Shown here: positions 1 to 9,914 of the stretch, piece after piece
How positions within the stretch are numbered: position 1 is the stretch's first letter
Layout: each line of letters begins with the position of its first letter
IMG/VR virus record: IMGVR_UViG_3300043788_000036
Location: 1-61,976 of that record
DNA: 61,976 nucleotides
Source: a virus
Taxonomy: Duplodnaviria > Caudoviricetes
Reading direction: 5' to 3' (one strand)
The notes under the pieces: generated by a model
Told to the model about the DNA's origin: nothing
The model's database searches: none
The model's input: the letters and a program-made list of their open reading frames with translations, nothing else
Translations under genes and position numbers: made by a program

Positions 1-16
1 GACTTCAAGCTTCCGG
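1..16. repeat. Terminal direct repeat (assembly overlap) identical to 61961-61976
   Basis: gacttcaagcttccgg occurs at both ends, and the reading frame from 61357 continues across the junction. Confidence 0.95.
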
Positions 17-488
17 GGGGACTACGCTCAACGTCACGGAATTCGTGACGGGGGCTGCGCCGCAGGAGATCCCTATTGCGAAGATCAACCGAGACGACTA
101 CTCGAATCTACCTAACAAGTGGTTTCAGGGACGTCCGCTACAGTTTTGGTACAATAAAACTCAGCCGCAGCCCACATTAACGCTTTGGCCCTCTCCCTCG
201 TTGCAATTCACGTTCAACCAGATCGTGCTTTACACGCAGCGCTACGTGCAGGATGTGGGTACGCTAACTCAGACGGTAGAAGTACCGCAGCGGTGGTTCC
301 TCGCCGTGCTTACGCGCTTGGCTAAGGACCTGTTGATGATGATCCCCGAGATCGCCAAAGGCATGAGCGACTTGGACAAGACGACCCTGCTCCAAGAAGA
401 CAAGGACCGTTGGAACGAGGGTTGGGCCTCAGAAACGGATAGCTCCCCAATCATGATGCGCCCTTACATACGGCCGTACACAAGGTAA
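1..488 (+). CDS. C-terminal part of head-tail adaptor-like virion protein (starts at 61357; about 363 aa in total)
   Basis: Frame from TTG 61357 runs through the overlap into ORF 45..488 (INRDDYSNLPNK..GRPLQFW..LTLWPSP). Confidence 0.75.
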   Translation, partial: LQASGGTTLNVTEFVTGAAPQEIPIAKINRDDYSNLPNKWFQGRPLQFWYNKTQPQPTLTLWPSPSLQFTFNQIVLYTQRYVQDVGTLTQTVEVPQRWFLAVLTRLAKDLLMMIPEIAKGMSDLDKTTLLQEDKDRWNEGWASETDSSPIMMRPYIRPYTR

Positions 489-492
489 CGCT

Positions 493-780
493 ATGGAGTC
501 ACCTGCTTATTTCCTCGATACGACTGGGGAGCCTACTCTGGGGGTGGGCTTGTGCGGGCGGTGCTCTGCGAAGCTACCCTTAGCGGAATTATCCTCGGAC
601 CCTAATTCTCCGGGGCTCATGGTCTGCAAGGACGACCTTGACGTGCTGGACCCGTGGCGACTACCCGCGCGTGAGACCGAAGACATTAACCTACCGTTCG
701 TGCGCCCGGATACGGACATTGGAGTACCCGCGGCCTTAGCTGCACAAGACCGTAATTTGATTGCGAATAGTAGCGGCTAG
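493..780 (+). CDS. Small Cys-containing phage protein (CGRC...VC..D.D)
   Basis: Follows the adaptor gene; CxxC motif. Confidence 0.6.
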   Translation: MESPAYFLDTTGEPTLGVGLCGRCSAKLPLAELSSDPNSPGLMVCKDDLDVLDPWRLPARETEDINLPFVRPDTDIGVPAALAAQDRNLIANSSG

Positions 781-802
781 TGCGTCGTTGGAGAACGGCA
801 AA

Positions 803-1108
803 ATGAACGTCAAGGGAGGGTCTAGTGTTCTGGTCGGTCTTATTGTGGTTCTCGGGGACAATGCGATCCATTACTTCTTTGATAGCAGTAAGGACAAGGA
901 TGCTTTACTCGCTCATACGTCGACTACGCTGGTGGAGGTTAACACCCGAGTTATTGACCTTACCGAGCAAGTTAAACGGTTATTGGAGCAGCCCTATGTC
1001 GGACGAAGCGAATTTGAGGGGAGATTGTCAGGACTCGAGGAACGAGTCTCCCATCTCGAGCGGACCCAACAGCCCGATTTTGGTATCCAAAACCATCGTA
1101 AGCGATAG
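803..1108 (+). CDS. Membrane-anchored coiled-coil protein of the lysis region
   Basis: ATG 803 with GGAG upstream; N-terminal hydrophobic segment then heptads. Confidence 0.55.
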   Translation: MNVKGGSSVLVGLIVVLGDNAIHYFFDSSKDKDALLAHTSTTLVEVNTRVIDLTEQVKRLLEQPYVGRSEFEGRLSGLEERVSHLERTQQPDFGIQNHRKR

Positions 1109-1505
1109 AGGCGCATTGATTATTGGGTGCATGATCGCGGTAGGCTTGGCTACGTGGTCTACCGCGCGCGTGGGGTATTTGCATGACGAATTCATGCGGC
1201 AAGGTGCGGAGTATTCGCACCGCGCAGACCAGCAGGCAGCGGCGTTCTCGTATCATGCTATGGAGTTACAGACTAACTACTTGCTCCACGTAGCGCAGCA
1301 GCACAGCGAAGTAGAGATTGAGATGGCCCGCTATCGGGAGCAGTTTCAAAGTTTGGAGAGACAGTTTCGTATGACGGAACTGAAATACGACAACGTCAAT
1401 ATCAGTATGCGTAGGGCGGGTATATATCTCCCCAACGACTACTGGACTGGCCCGAATGGTAATTTAGACGCAGAATCTTTTCACATCAACAGCAAAGGGA
1501 AGTAA
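996..1505 (+). CDS. Single-TM coiled-coil protein of the lysis region (start uncertain)
   Basis: GGAG-N7-ATG at 996; TM segment ALIIGCMIAVGLATW; helical C-terminus. Confidence 0.5.
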   Translation: MSDEANLRGDCQDSRNESPISSGPNSPILVSKTIVSDRGALIIGCMIAVGLATWSTARVGYLHDEFMRQGAEYSHRADQQAAAFSYHAMELQTNYLLHVAQQHSEVEIEMARYREQFQSLERQFRMTELKYDNVNISMRRAGIYLPNDYWTGPNGNLDAESFHINSKGK

Positions 1506-1508
1506 GTC

Positions 1509-1700
1509 ATGGGAGCAGGTGGAGTCATTCAGCAGTACGCGGCGTTGTTGTTGCCGGTAGTACTGTACCCAGTAGTGTATGCGACGTTGTCGGCGGCAGA
1601 TAGAGACAAAGTGGAAGTCATCAAAGTCAAACCGTTTCTTGACCGGACTGAGGATGACGTTAATTTTCTGTTGAGCAAGATTCCTCGTAGGTACAAGTAA
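1509..1700 (+). CDS. Small hypothetical protein
   Basis: Coupled to the endolysin start (TAATG). Confidence 0.5.
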   Translation: MGAGGVIQQYAALLLPVVLYPVVYATLSAADRDKVEVIKVKPFLDRTEDDVNFLLSKIPRRYK

Positions 1701-2146
1701 TGAACCTAAGCCCGCTAGGGATAGCCCTCATCAAGCACTTCGAGCGCTACGCAGACAAAGCGTACCGGCGCTTTCCCAAAGAGCCCTGGACGTGCGGGTG
1801 GGGCCACACGAAAGGCGTCACTGAGACGACGACGTGCACGCCAGAAATCGCTGGGCAGTGGATTCTGGAGGACGTGGCTATTGCGTCGAGTGTCGCTAAT
1901 TTCACCCTAGCGGGCTTAGGGGCTACTCAGCATCAGTTCGATGCGCTAGTGATTCTTGTTTATAACATAGGAGTTGGCAACTTTAGCCGTGCGGATGAGC
2001 TGCACGCCGCCATAGCTACTAAGCAGTGGAGCACTGTTGCCGCGCACTTCCTCAGTTTCGATCACATAGACGGCGTTGAAAACGAAGGGCTAAAGCAACG
2101 TCGAGAACTTGAAAAAGCCCTGTTCTTGGACGGAGTAACTACGTGA
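1700..2146 (+). CDS. Endolysin, GH24 phage lysozyme
   Basis: IKHFE..AY..WTCGWGHT, QHQFDALV..YNIG, GLKQRRELEKALF. Confidence 0.9.
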   Translation: MNLSPLGIALIKHFERYADKAYRRFPKEPWTCGWGHTKGVTETTTCTPEIAGQWILEDVAIASSVANFTLAGLGATQHQFDALVILVYNIGVGNFSRADELHAAIATKQWSTVAAHFLSFDHIDGVENEGLKQRRELEKALFLDGVTT

Positions 2147-2703
2147 GCCTATTATCGACCATCGCGTCGGGGGCACTGCAGGTTTTGAAGACGGTAGCGC
2201 CCACTATTGCAGACACGCTAGCGGGACCTTTCGCCCCGCTCGTGGACCCGATCATGAGATCAGTATTCGGTACCACGGATCCAAAGACCGTGGAGACCGG
2301 ACTACTGAATGCGACCCCGGAACAGCTAGTGGCGTTGAAACAAGCCGATAATGCCCATGCTGAGGCGCTTGCGCAGTTGGGTATAGCGCGCGATAAGTTA
2401 GCTTTCGACGACACCGCCAGCGCCCGCGCAATGCAGGTTGCTACTAAGGACCCCACCGCGGGGCGTCTCGCGTGGCTCCTCATTGTGGGCTTCCTCGTTA
2501 TCACCTTGGGGATGATCGTAGGGCTTTTCGGGTGGCCAGATCGCGCCAAGACCCTCTTGAGCGGGGAGGCGGGATTGTTCTTCGGTACCATCTTTGGGTA
2601 CCTTTCTTCCGAAGCTAAACAGGCTTCGGCGTTTTACTTCGGCGGCAGCGAGAGCGGCCAGGCGAAGGACGTCACGATTGCAACTATCGCTAAGCAACCA
2701 TAG
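2143..2703 (+). CDS. Holin-like membrane protein
   Basis: Overlaps the endolysin stop; amphipathic N-terminus, two C-terminal TM segments, FYFG motif. Confidence 0.65.
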   Translation: MSLLSTIASGALQVLKTVAPTIADTLAGPFAPLVDPIMRSVFGTTDPKTVETGLLNATPEQLVALKQADNAHAEALAQLGIARDKLAFDDTASARAMQVATKDPTAGRLAWLLIVGFLVITLGMIVGLFGWPDRAKTLLSGEAGLFFGTIFGYLSSEAKQASAFYFGGSESGQAKDVTIATIAKQP

Positions 2704-2712
2704 GACGAAAAC

Positions 2713-2913
2713 ATGCTTTCTTTAGAGACATTGACCACGATCGAAACTTTGCTCATGTCCAAGAGCGCCCCACAGTGGGGGGAGTTCTTGGTACTCGCTA
2801 GGGCTATCAGCGACGTGCAGCAGGCTAAGGCGCTGCTGATGCAGTCTCGGCTACAGCCGGCGCCCGCGGCAGCCCCTGATATGAACGGGGCCGCTATTGA
2901 GGAGAGTCACTAG
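2713..2913 (+). CDS. Hypothetical protein
   Basis: AGGA RBS; fills the gap in the operon. Confidence 0.5.
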   Translation: MLSLETLTTIETLLMSKSAPQWGEFLVLARAISDVQQAKALLMQSRLQPAPAAAPDMNGAAIEESH

Positions 2914-3575
2914 TGCCTGTCGCTCTCACCTTCAATTCCCTGATTACGACTCTACAGGCGTACTTGGAGCGTGGGAGCGGCACGACTGACCCAACCGTAT
3001 TCAATGAGTTCCCTCTATTAATCAACAATGCGGAGCGCGCTATTGCACGGCGGTTGAAGATACTGGGAATGAACATCCCCGGGGTCAGTACGCTGAATGC
3101 GGGTAATGCGGTATACACCAAGCCCAATGGTTGGCGTCGCACGATCTCGATGAACTTCGGGGTAGCTACCGTCGCAGACCCTGCGCAGAACGCGGCGACC
3201 CCCTTGTTCGCACGGCAATACGAGTATTGCTTGAGCTACTGGCCTGACCTTACGCAAACAGCCCCGCCGCAGTTCTACGCCGACTACGACTACGCGCATT
3301 GGTTGGTGGTGCCTACACCCCCGGTTAGTTACCCGTGGCAGATTCTCTACTACGGGCTACCGCAGTTACTCGATAACTCAACCCAGACTAACTTCTGGAC
3401 GGACTTCGCCCCAGAGACTTTGCTGTATCGCGCGCTGCTGGAATGCACTCCGTTCTTGAAGAACGATGAACGTGTGGCCGTATGGCAAACCTTGTACGAG
3501 GAGGCTGTAACGACGCTGGAGAAAGAAGACCTCATGCGCTCTGTGGACCGTGCGGCTGTACGAAACGAGGATTGA
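2913..3575 (+). CDS. Tail adaptor / tubular protein A-like
   Basis: INNAERAIARRL, PPQFYA, VPTP..Y..QILYY, LLYRALLE pattern; position. Confidence 0.65.
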   Translation: MPVALTFNSLITTLQAYLERGSGTTDPTVFNEFPLLINNAERAIARRLKILGMNIPGVSTLNAGNAVYTKPNGWRRTISMNFGVATVADPAQNAATPLFARQYEYCLSYWPDLTQTAPPQFYADYDYAHWLVVPTPPVSYPWQILYYGLPQLLDNSTQTNFWTDFAPETLLYRALLECTPFLKNDERVAVWQTLYEEAVTTLEKEDLMRSVDRAAVRNED

Positions 3576-3578
3576 TCA

Positions 3579-5867
3579 GTGCCCAGTGTTTACAACACGG
3601 TCTTTGGCGGTAACCCAGTAGCCCCGGCGTACCCCACGTACTTGGCGCTGTCGTTCTCGACGAACCAAATACTCGGGTGGCCCTTAGAGTCGAATATTAC
3701 CTCCCCAGCCGTGGCGGAGTGGATCGATTGCACAGCTACTGCACCCTCGTTGACGCTACAGCTATCAGACGCGCGGCAGGTATCGACAGGCTATACCGCG
3801 ATATTCAACAACGTAGGCGCTAATACGTTTTCTGTTTTGGATGCGCAAGGTAATACGCTCCTATCGGTAGCCTCAGGGCAAGCTTGGATATTGGTACTGT
3901 CAGATAATACGACTCTGCAGGGTACATGGCGCGTCGTGCAGCTTGGGGCTGGGGTGTCCAGCGCCAATGCGGCAGCGCTTGCCGGCAATGGCCTTAAGGC
4001 TATCTCTACGCTCCTCAACGAACGCATCTTCATTAATGCGCAGGGGGCTAGCTACGTAATCCAAGCTACCGATAGAGCCGCGTGCATCGAGTGGACTGGC
4101 GGCTCTGGGGGCGTGTTCACGGGGCCTACGCCGTCTGTCGTCGGGTCTGATTGGTTTTGCTACATCAAGAACTCCGGTACTGGCGTACTCACCTTATCTG
4201 CTGCTACAGGCACCATTGACGGTACGGCGAGTAAGTCGTTCAACCCGAACGATTCATGCATCGTAGTCAGTGATGGCATTAACCTGTTTACGATGGGGTT
4301 CGGACAATCGGTCGCCTCCTCGTTCAACTTCGTTACGATTTCTCTAGCGGGGGCTTCTGGTACGGTGGTGCTCACGGGGGCGCAGCTCAATCGCATATCG
4401 TATAAGTTCACCGGGGCACTGGCGGGTGCTACGGTCGTACAAGTACCTGCGTCTATTCAGCAGTACTGGGTAGATAACGAGACGACAGGGGCTTTCACTC
4501 TTACGATATCCGCGGGCGGCGGCTCTACGGTTGTAGTGCAGCAGGGGACCCGCAACATCCTGTACTGCGATGGCTTGAACATCGTCAATGCGGTGTCTAC
4601 AGGGACAGGTAGTACTGTACTCATTGCAGACGGTACAGCAACTTCCCCCGGACTCGCGTTCGCGTCTGATACCCAGTTGGGGCTCTACAAAGTAGGAACC
4701 GATATCCTCGGTATTGCTACTGCAGGCGTAGCCCGGGTAAGTATTAACGCTAGTGGGGATGTTGTCGTTAATGCTCCTTCAACTGGTATTGCGCTTTCGG
4801 TCACTGGCGCGTCTGCAACCGCTATCGCGTCGTTCATTGGTACTGACGTTGCCACTGTGCAAGTCAACTCTAGTGCAAGTACCAATAGGGCAATTATTGT
4901 ATTTGAGCAAGCTAGTACCGCGATTGGCCGCGTAGGTATCGATGGTAGCAATACTCTGTTGAGCGATTCTGCCAACGGAGATGTGTGCATTACGAGTACG
5001 GGAGACTCGATTCGCTTTGGTCAACAAGCCGGGGCTACTCAAGTCTCCATAAGCTCTGCAGGCGTAGTGACCTTGGCGGCGGCTACGGGCATGACGCTAG
5101 TTGTCAATGCGGGTAGCACCGGGGTAGTTCAGCTCAACAGCAACCATACTTCTGGCCTAGGCGTTCGCTTCAACGACACCAATGGTGCCCCACAGAGTTT
5201 TGATATTGGTTTGGGGGTGGGCTCTGGAGCAGCTACCTTAGTTATCTACGACCGCACTAATACGACGGCTAGGTTGGTACTTAACAACTCAGGTAACTTT
5301 GTAATCAACGCCCCCGCCAGTGGTTCGGCGTTCACGGTTACCGGAGTTGCAGGGTCGGCTGCGCTCACTGTGGTAGGCTCGGCCACGTCAGGGCAGTCCT
5401 TGGGTATGACAGTCGCATCAGGGACTACTTCCGCCGATTCTGCTTTGCTGATCCTCAACCAAGCGCAGACCCAAACGTATTTACAGGTACGCGGTGACGG
5501 GCTTGTGCGCGCCGTTGATGATGGAAGCACGCTCCAAATAGTGGGGTGGCGCGGTACCCCCATAAATACCCAGTCGACTAACTACGTACTTGCGCTATCC
5601 GATCGGGGTAAAGCAGTCGTTCTCAACGGGTCTACTGGGCAAACTGCAACTGTCAACAACGGGGTATTTTCTGCAGGAGATGTGGTCACCATTATTGCAT
5701 CCAACAGCACGAATACTTACACCATTGTGCAAGGTACGGGCATGTCGCTGTTCTGGGCCGGTAATGGGGTGACCTCAGGTAACCGGACCTTATCGAGTAT
5801 TGGGGTCGCTACGATCGTGTTCCAACTGGGCAACGTGGGCATTATTACCGGATCGGGGCTCTCGTGA
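3579..5867 (+). CDS. Tail fiber protein
   Basis: 762 aa, G/S/T/A-rich; DGTATSPGLAFASD motif; internal repeats (VVVNAPSTG/FVINAPASG; INAQGASY/INTQSTNY). Confidence 0.75.
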   Translation: MPSVYNTVFGGNPVAPAYPTYLALSFSTNQILGWPLESNITSPAVAEWIDCTATAPSLTLQLSDARQVSTGYTAIFNNVGANTFSVLDAQGNTLLSVASGQAWILVLSDNTTLQGTWRVVQLGAGVSSANAAALAGNGLKAISTLLNERIFINAQGASYVIQATDRAACIEWTGGSGGVFTGPTPSVVGSDWFCYIKNSGTGVLTLSAATGTIDGTASKSFNPNDSCIVVSDGINLFTMGFGQSVASSFNFVTISLAGASGTVVLTGAQLNRISYKFTGALAGATVVQVPASIQQYWVDNETTGAFTLTISAGGGSTVVVQQGTRNILYCDGLNIVNAVSTGTGSTVLIADGTATSPGLAFASDTQLGLYKVGTDILGIATAGVARVSINASGDVVVNAPSTGIALSVTGASATAIASFIGTDVATVQVNSSASTNRAIIVFEQASTAIGRVGIDGSNTLLSDSANGDVCITSTGDSIRFGQQAGATQVSISSAGVVTLAAATGMTLVVNAGSTGVVQLNSNHTSGLGVRFNDTNGAPQSFDIGLGVGSGAATLVIYDRTNTTARLVLNNSGNFVINAPASGSAFTVTGVAGSAALTVVGSATSGQSLGMTVASGTTSADSALLILNQAQTQTYLQVRGDGLVRAVDDGSTLQIVGWRGTPINTQSTNYVLALSDRGKAVVLNGSTGQTATVNNGVFSAGDVVTIIASNSTNTYTIVQGTGMSLFWAGNGVTSGNRTLSSIGVATIVFQLGNVGIITGSGLS

Positions 5868-6514
5868 CGGGCATCCTCAACGTCTTACTGGGCTCCGTGC
5901 GACAGTTTACCCCTGTCACGCATACGTTCACGACGGGGACGGGGGCTACAGAGACTATCCCCGCGGGGGCACAGACGCTCGTTATAGAGAGCTGGGGCGG
6001 CTCTGGGGGCGGGGGCGGTGCATGGACCTCTGGCTCAGGAAACGGTTCTGGGGGCGGCTCAGGAGGTTACAGCCGTTCTTCGTACAGCGTAGTCGGGCAA
6101 GGCGGCAAGACCTTGACTTACACCGTGGGTACGGCAGGCGGTGCAGGTGTTGCGGGCACCCCCGGTACTCCTGGGGTGAGTAGTACAGCGTCTTCCGTCA
6201 GCTCGGGGACGTTTGCGATTACTACAATGACTTCGAACGGCGGTACTGGAGGCGCGGCTGCTCCCGCAGTCACTACTAATGGAGCTAACAACGGCACATC
6301 CACGGGGGGAGGGGGAACCTCTTCTGGCGGTAACGTCGCTAATACGTCGGGGACTAATGGGGCCAACTCAGTAGGTGGAGCAGGGGGTATTGGGGGAGCG
6401 GGAATAGCGGGTACTTTGGGCTCCGTGGGCAGCGCTGGGGGTAACGGGGGTACCGCTCTTGGTACCGCAGCAACGGCAGGCGGTACGGGCCAAGTTATTT
6501 TCAGGTACACGTAA
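5864..6514 (+). CDS. Glycine-rich fiber-associated protein
   Basis: WGGSGGGGG..GGGSGGY..GGTGQVIFRY. Confidence 0.6.
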   Translation: MTGILNVLLGSVRQFTPVTHTFTTGTGATETIPAGAQTLVIESWGGSGGGGGAWTSGSGNGSGGGSGGYSRSSYSVVGQGGKTLTYTVGTAGGAGVAGTPGTPGVSSTASSVSSGTFAITTMTSNGGTGGAAAPAVTTNGANNGTSTGGGGTSSGGNVANTSGTNGANSVGGAGGIGGAGIAGTLGSVGSAGGNGGTALGTAATAGGTGQVIFRYT

Positions 6515-8077
6515 ATGTCTACTGCCCAGCCTTTCCGCATTCAATCTAGCCCGGGCATCAAGCGGGACGGAACGCTATTTGAGGGTCAGGAGTACAAAGA
6601 TGGCCTTTGGTGCAGGTTCAACCGCCGAGGGCTGCCGCGAAAAATTGCGGGGTACAAGTCAATTACCTCGCAGTTGCCTGAAGTGGTTCGGGGCATGGAT
6701 GCGTATTTCTTCGGGGGTACCAACTACCTGCATTTAGGCTCTCAGAGCTTTGTGACGCAAGTACAGTCTGACCAGTTAGGTAATCTTGGAGCGCAAGGGG
6801 ACCGCACACCGTCGGGGTTCGCTGTCAGCGCCAATAACCTTTGGTCTTTCGAGCAGTTTTATAATACCGCTACTGCACAAACTACGATCGTAGGTAATGC
6901 CGGACAAAATCTAACCGATATTACCAACGCGGTAGAAACGCCGATTTATTTCGGCCCTGCTGCAACGGTATCCCCGCTCGTCGCGAGCGGTATGCCTAAT
7001 GTGAGCGGCGGCATTGTTGCGATTTCCCCTTACCTCATTGGGTACAGCAACTTTGGGCGTATCGATATTTCGCAGATCAACAACATTGCTTCTGGAGTGA
7101 CTTTCAATAGTGCCTTTATCTCGGATCAAAAAGTAGTCAAGGGGCTTCCGCTCCGCAACGGTTCTGGAGGCCCGGCAGCTATTTTCTGGACCTTGGGCGA
7201 CTTGGTTGTCGCAACGTACAACCCTGGACTGTTGGCAGGTATCCCATTCAATTTCAACACGATTTCTGCTGAGATATCTGTCCTATCGTCTCAAGCCATC
7301 ATAGAGTTTGACGGTATCTATTACTGGCCAGAAGTGGACCACTTTTCGTTGTTTAACGGTATCGTCCGCGAGTTACCTAATAACTTTAACGTGGAGTGGT
7401 TCTTCAAGAATTTGAACTATGCGCAGCGACAGAAGGTGTACGCCGTCAAGTTCCAGTCGTTCGGGGAGATCTGGTGGTGCGCTCCTATGTTTGGGGCCAC
7501 CGAATGCAATTGGGCGTTGATTTATAACACGTATCTGAACGTCTGGTACGACACCCCGTTGCCGGATGCCATTGCAGGCACAGGCGGGGGTAGTCGATCT
7601 TCCGGAACCGCGCCGCGAGTATTCAATCGTCCGTACTTCACTGACTTGGTGCAGACCACTACGGGCTATACTCTGTGGCAGCACGAGACGGGGTTGGACA
7701 AAGTAACCGCGGGTAGCGTGTTCCCTATTCGTTCTTACTTCAAGACTGCGGAGTTCTCCCCGATCACGAGTAACCCCCCGCAAGACAAGAATTATAGGGT
7801 ATCCGTAGTAGAACCTGACTTTACGCCTATCGGTAGTGCGGCCACAGATATTATCGCCTCAACGTTCACGCGGGCCAATGCTCGTGAGCCGCAAGACCAG
7901 TCCCCGTTGATTACAATTCCCGGGACTATTACGACCCCCAGCCAGGAACTCGCGCTGCTCAAGCAGAATGCGCGCCTCTTAGCGTTCCAGTTTGAAAGCA
8001 ACACGGTAGGGGGGGACTTGACGTTAGGTAATGTCATTGCCCACCTGGAGCCCACGGATGCGAGGTACACGAAGTGA
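6515..8077 (+). CDS. Tail nozzle / tubular protein B-like protein
   Basis: PGIKRDGT..DGLWCRF, FGEIWW, LIYN..NVWY, LWQHETG; position before the ejection genes. Confidence 0.7.
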   Translation: MSTAQPFRIQSSPGIKRDGTLFEGQEYKDGLWCRFNRRGLPRKIAGYKSITSQLPEVVRGMDAYFFGGTNYLHLGSQSFVTQVQSDQLGNLGAQGDRTPSGFAVSANNLWSFEQFYNTATAQTTIVGNAGQNLTDITNAVETPIYFGPAATVSPLVASGMPNVSGGIVAISPYLIGYSNFGRIDISQINNIASGVTFNSAFISDQKVVKGLPLRNGSGGPAAIFWTLGDLVVATYNPGLLAGIPFNFNTISAEISVLSSQAIIEFDGIYYWPEVDHFSLFNGIVRELPNNFNVEWFFKNLNYAQRQKVYAVKFQSFGEIWWCAPMFGATECNWALIYNTYLNVWYDTPLPDAIAGTGGGSRSSGTAPRVFNRPYFTDLVQTTTGYTLWQHETGLDKVTAGSVFPIRSYFKTAEFSPITSNPPQDKNYRVSVVEPDFTPIGSAATDIIASTFTRANAREPQDQSPLITIPGTITTPSQELALLKQNARLLAFQFESNTVGGDLTLGNVIAHLEPTDARYTK

Positions 8078-8298
8078 TTGACCCGCGCCACGTGTCGCTT
8101 ATCCAGTGGACCGATGCGGTGAACCTTGCGTTGTCTACGAAGGGGCCCGTGACCAAGTTGTCTGGAGACGATTGGTCTTTGTGGGCGTATAACATGATAT
8201 CTATACCGTCTATTGCATCGTTTTCACCTCCTGACCCGCGTCACTACACCGATTGGCGCACGTGGGCGGAGCGCTTTGTTGAGTGCGTACTGCTATGA
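8074..8298 (+). CDS. Small Trp-rich phage protein
   Basis: Overlapping start and stop codons on both sides. Confidence 0.6.
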   Translation: MIDPRHVSLIQWTDAVNLALSTKGPVTKLSGDDWSLWAYNMISIPSIASFSPPDPRHYTDWRTWAERFVECVLL

Positions 8299-9914
8299 CT
8301 TACCAAGTGCCTTACTCGCTATTGACCAAGGCGGCTAACAACTATGCGGGTAGTGCCGCCCCCGGGGATATTTACGGTATCTACTCGGGGCTGTCTTCAG
8401 GTACCCCACAGGGGTACCTGGGGGCCGGGGCAAACGCCGCAAAACTGTATGGTACTTGGGCGGACGACTCCGCAATAGGGCAAGGGGCAGGGACCGCATT
8501 AGGCGCCCTAGGGGTTGCAGGGGGTATAGAGAAGGGCGGCGTTGCGGGGGATACGCAAGCCGCTGTTGGAGCGGCTCAATTAGCGGATCAGGCAGGAACC
8601 GCAGCAGGGGCTACCGGCGCAGAGATGACTGCGTTGGACACCATTGGAGAGTACGCCCCGATAATTGGCACCGCTCTACAGATGTACGAGGCGGTTAATA
8701 GCCCTGCGGTTAAGATGACCCCCGGGTACTACCAGCGCATGGCACAGGACATTGGCGACCCCAACAGTCCTAACCATCTCGGCTCCATGATGGAAGCCAA
8801 TGCGTCCAGCGACCCTGCAGAACATGCGTTGTTGCAAGCGTATGGCATTACCCCGGATCTTCACCCGCCTACTACCGATTATCAACCCTGGCAGTGGTAT
8901 CAATCCCCTGACAATTCAACCTTGCAAAACGGCGCTCGGCCATCGATCCGTGCTGCCGCTGGTGGAAGTATGACCGATAAAAATATTCATAGCCGACTGA
9001 AAGAGTTGTACGAAGGCTCCTTTGCCAAGCGCCACTATGACGATGGCGGAGGGGTTAGTTACGCTAATACCGGGCCGACGTGGTTACCGAGCATAGATCC
9101 TACATTCTCCAGCGACGCGACGCCTGGAGTATCTCAACCTACCCCTAGTGTCTATGACTACGGCGGGAGCAATTATTCGAATAGCGGAAGTGGGGGAAGC
9201 GGCGGTTCCAGTAGCGGCAATAGCAGTAGCGTACTCGGGCCGGGGGGTTCCCTGAGCGGGCTTGGTAGCCTCCTTGGAGTCTCTTCCATGGGGCAACTCG
9301 TGCAGCAGTACGGAGCCCTTGCCCCGCTCATTGCAGCCGCTCTCGGCGGCAATAAGCCTGCATCGGCGCCGGGCACTCCTGCCGGATACGGCGCTATCCC
9401 CAGCGTCTCGGCATCTAATTACTCGCGCCCGTACACGCAGCCGCAAGTGGCTAACTGGTACACGTACGGGGAAGGACCCGAGCAAAGCTTTTTCGGTAAC
9501 AATCAGACCCCCTATGTACCCGGAGTGTCCCCGGCCAGCGCAGCGCCTGGAGCATCCTCGCAGGGTTCTTCTCCTGCTTCTGCCCCGTACATGGGGGGTC
9601 CTTCCCCAGGGGTTCAAATGCGTGCGCAGGGCGGTAGCACTTTTGATTCAACACAAGGCGATAGTTATGTACAAGACCCAGGCGCCGGCAATGGTACCTC
9701 TGATGATATCGACGCCAAGCTTTCTGGGGGCGAGTACGTCATGGACGCCGGGACCGTTTCTATGTTGGGTAACGGATCAAACGAGGCAGGCGCCCGAGCT
9801 TTGGACCAACTTCGGCAGAGGGTGCGGCAGCACGCTGGCAAGCACCTCGTCAAAGGCAAGCAATTTATGAAAGCCAAAGCCCCAGAAGCGTACTTGAAGG
9901 GGGGTAAGACGTGA
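8295..9914 (+). CDS. Internal virion protein with AxGG motifs and a C-terminal GxGTSD..LSxGEYV module
   Basis: ATGA overlap at 8295; low-complexity modules separated by AAAGG, YDDGG, RAQGG. Confidence 0.65.
   Translation: MTYQVPYSLLTKAANNYAGSAAPGDIYGIYSGLSSGTPQGYLGAGANAAKLYGTWADDSAIGQGAGTALGALGVAGGIEKGGVAGDTQAAVGAAQLADQAGTAAGATGAEMTALDTIGEYAPIIGTALQMYEAVNSPAVKMTPGYYQRMAQDIGDPNSPNHLGSMMEANASSDPAEHALLQAYGITPDLHPPTTDYQPWQWYQSPDNSTLQNGARPSIRAAAGGSMTDKNIHSRLKELYEGSFAKRHYDDGGGVSYANTGPTWLPSIDPTFSSDATPGVSQPTPSVYDYGGSNYSNSGSGGSGGSSSGNSSSVLGPGGSLSGLGSLLGVSSMGQLVQQYGALAPLIAAALGGNKPASAPGTPAGYGAIPSVSASNYSRPYTQPQVANWYTYGEGPEQSFFGNNQTPYVPGVSPASAAPGASSQGSSPASAPYMGGPSPGVQMRAQGGSTFDSTQGDSYVQDPGAGNGTSDDIDAKLSGGEYVMDAGTVSMLGNGSNEAGARALDQLRQRVRQHAGKHLVKGKQFMKAKAPEAYLKGGKT

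Noticed and set aside
803-1700. Rz/Rz1 spanin pair
   Set aside because: TM plus coiled-coil ORFs fit an i-spanin, but no lipobox-bearing partner was seen
5864-6514. GG dipeptides in the Gly-rich fiber proteins as AxGG tags
   Set aside because: Explained by composition; also excluded for 59602..60552
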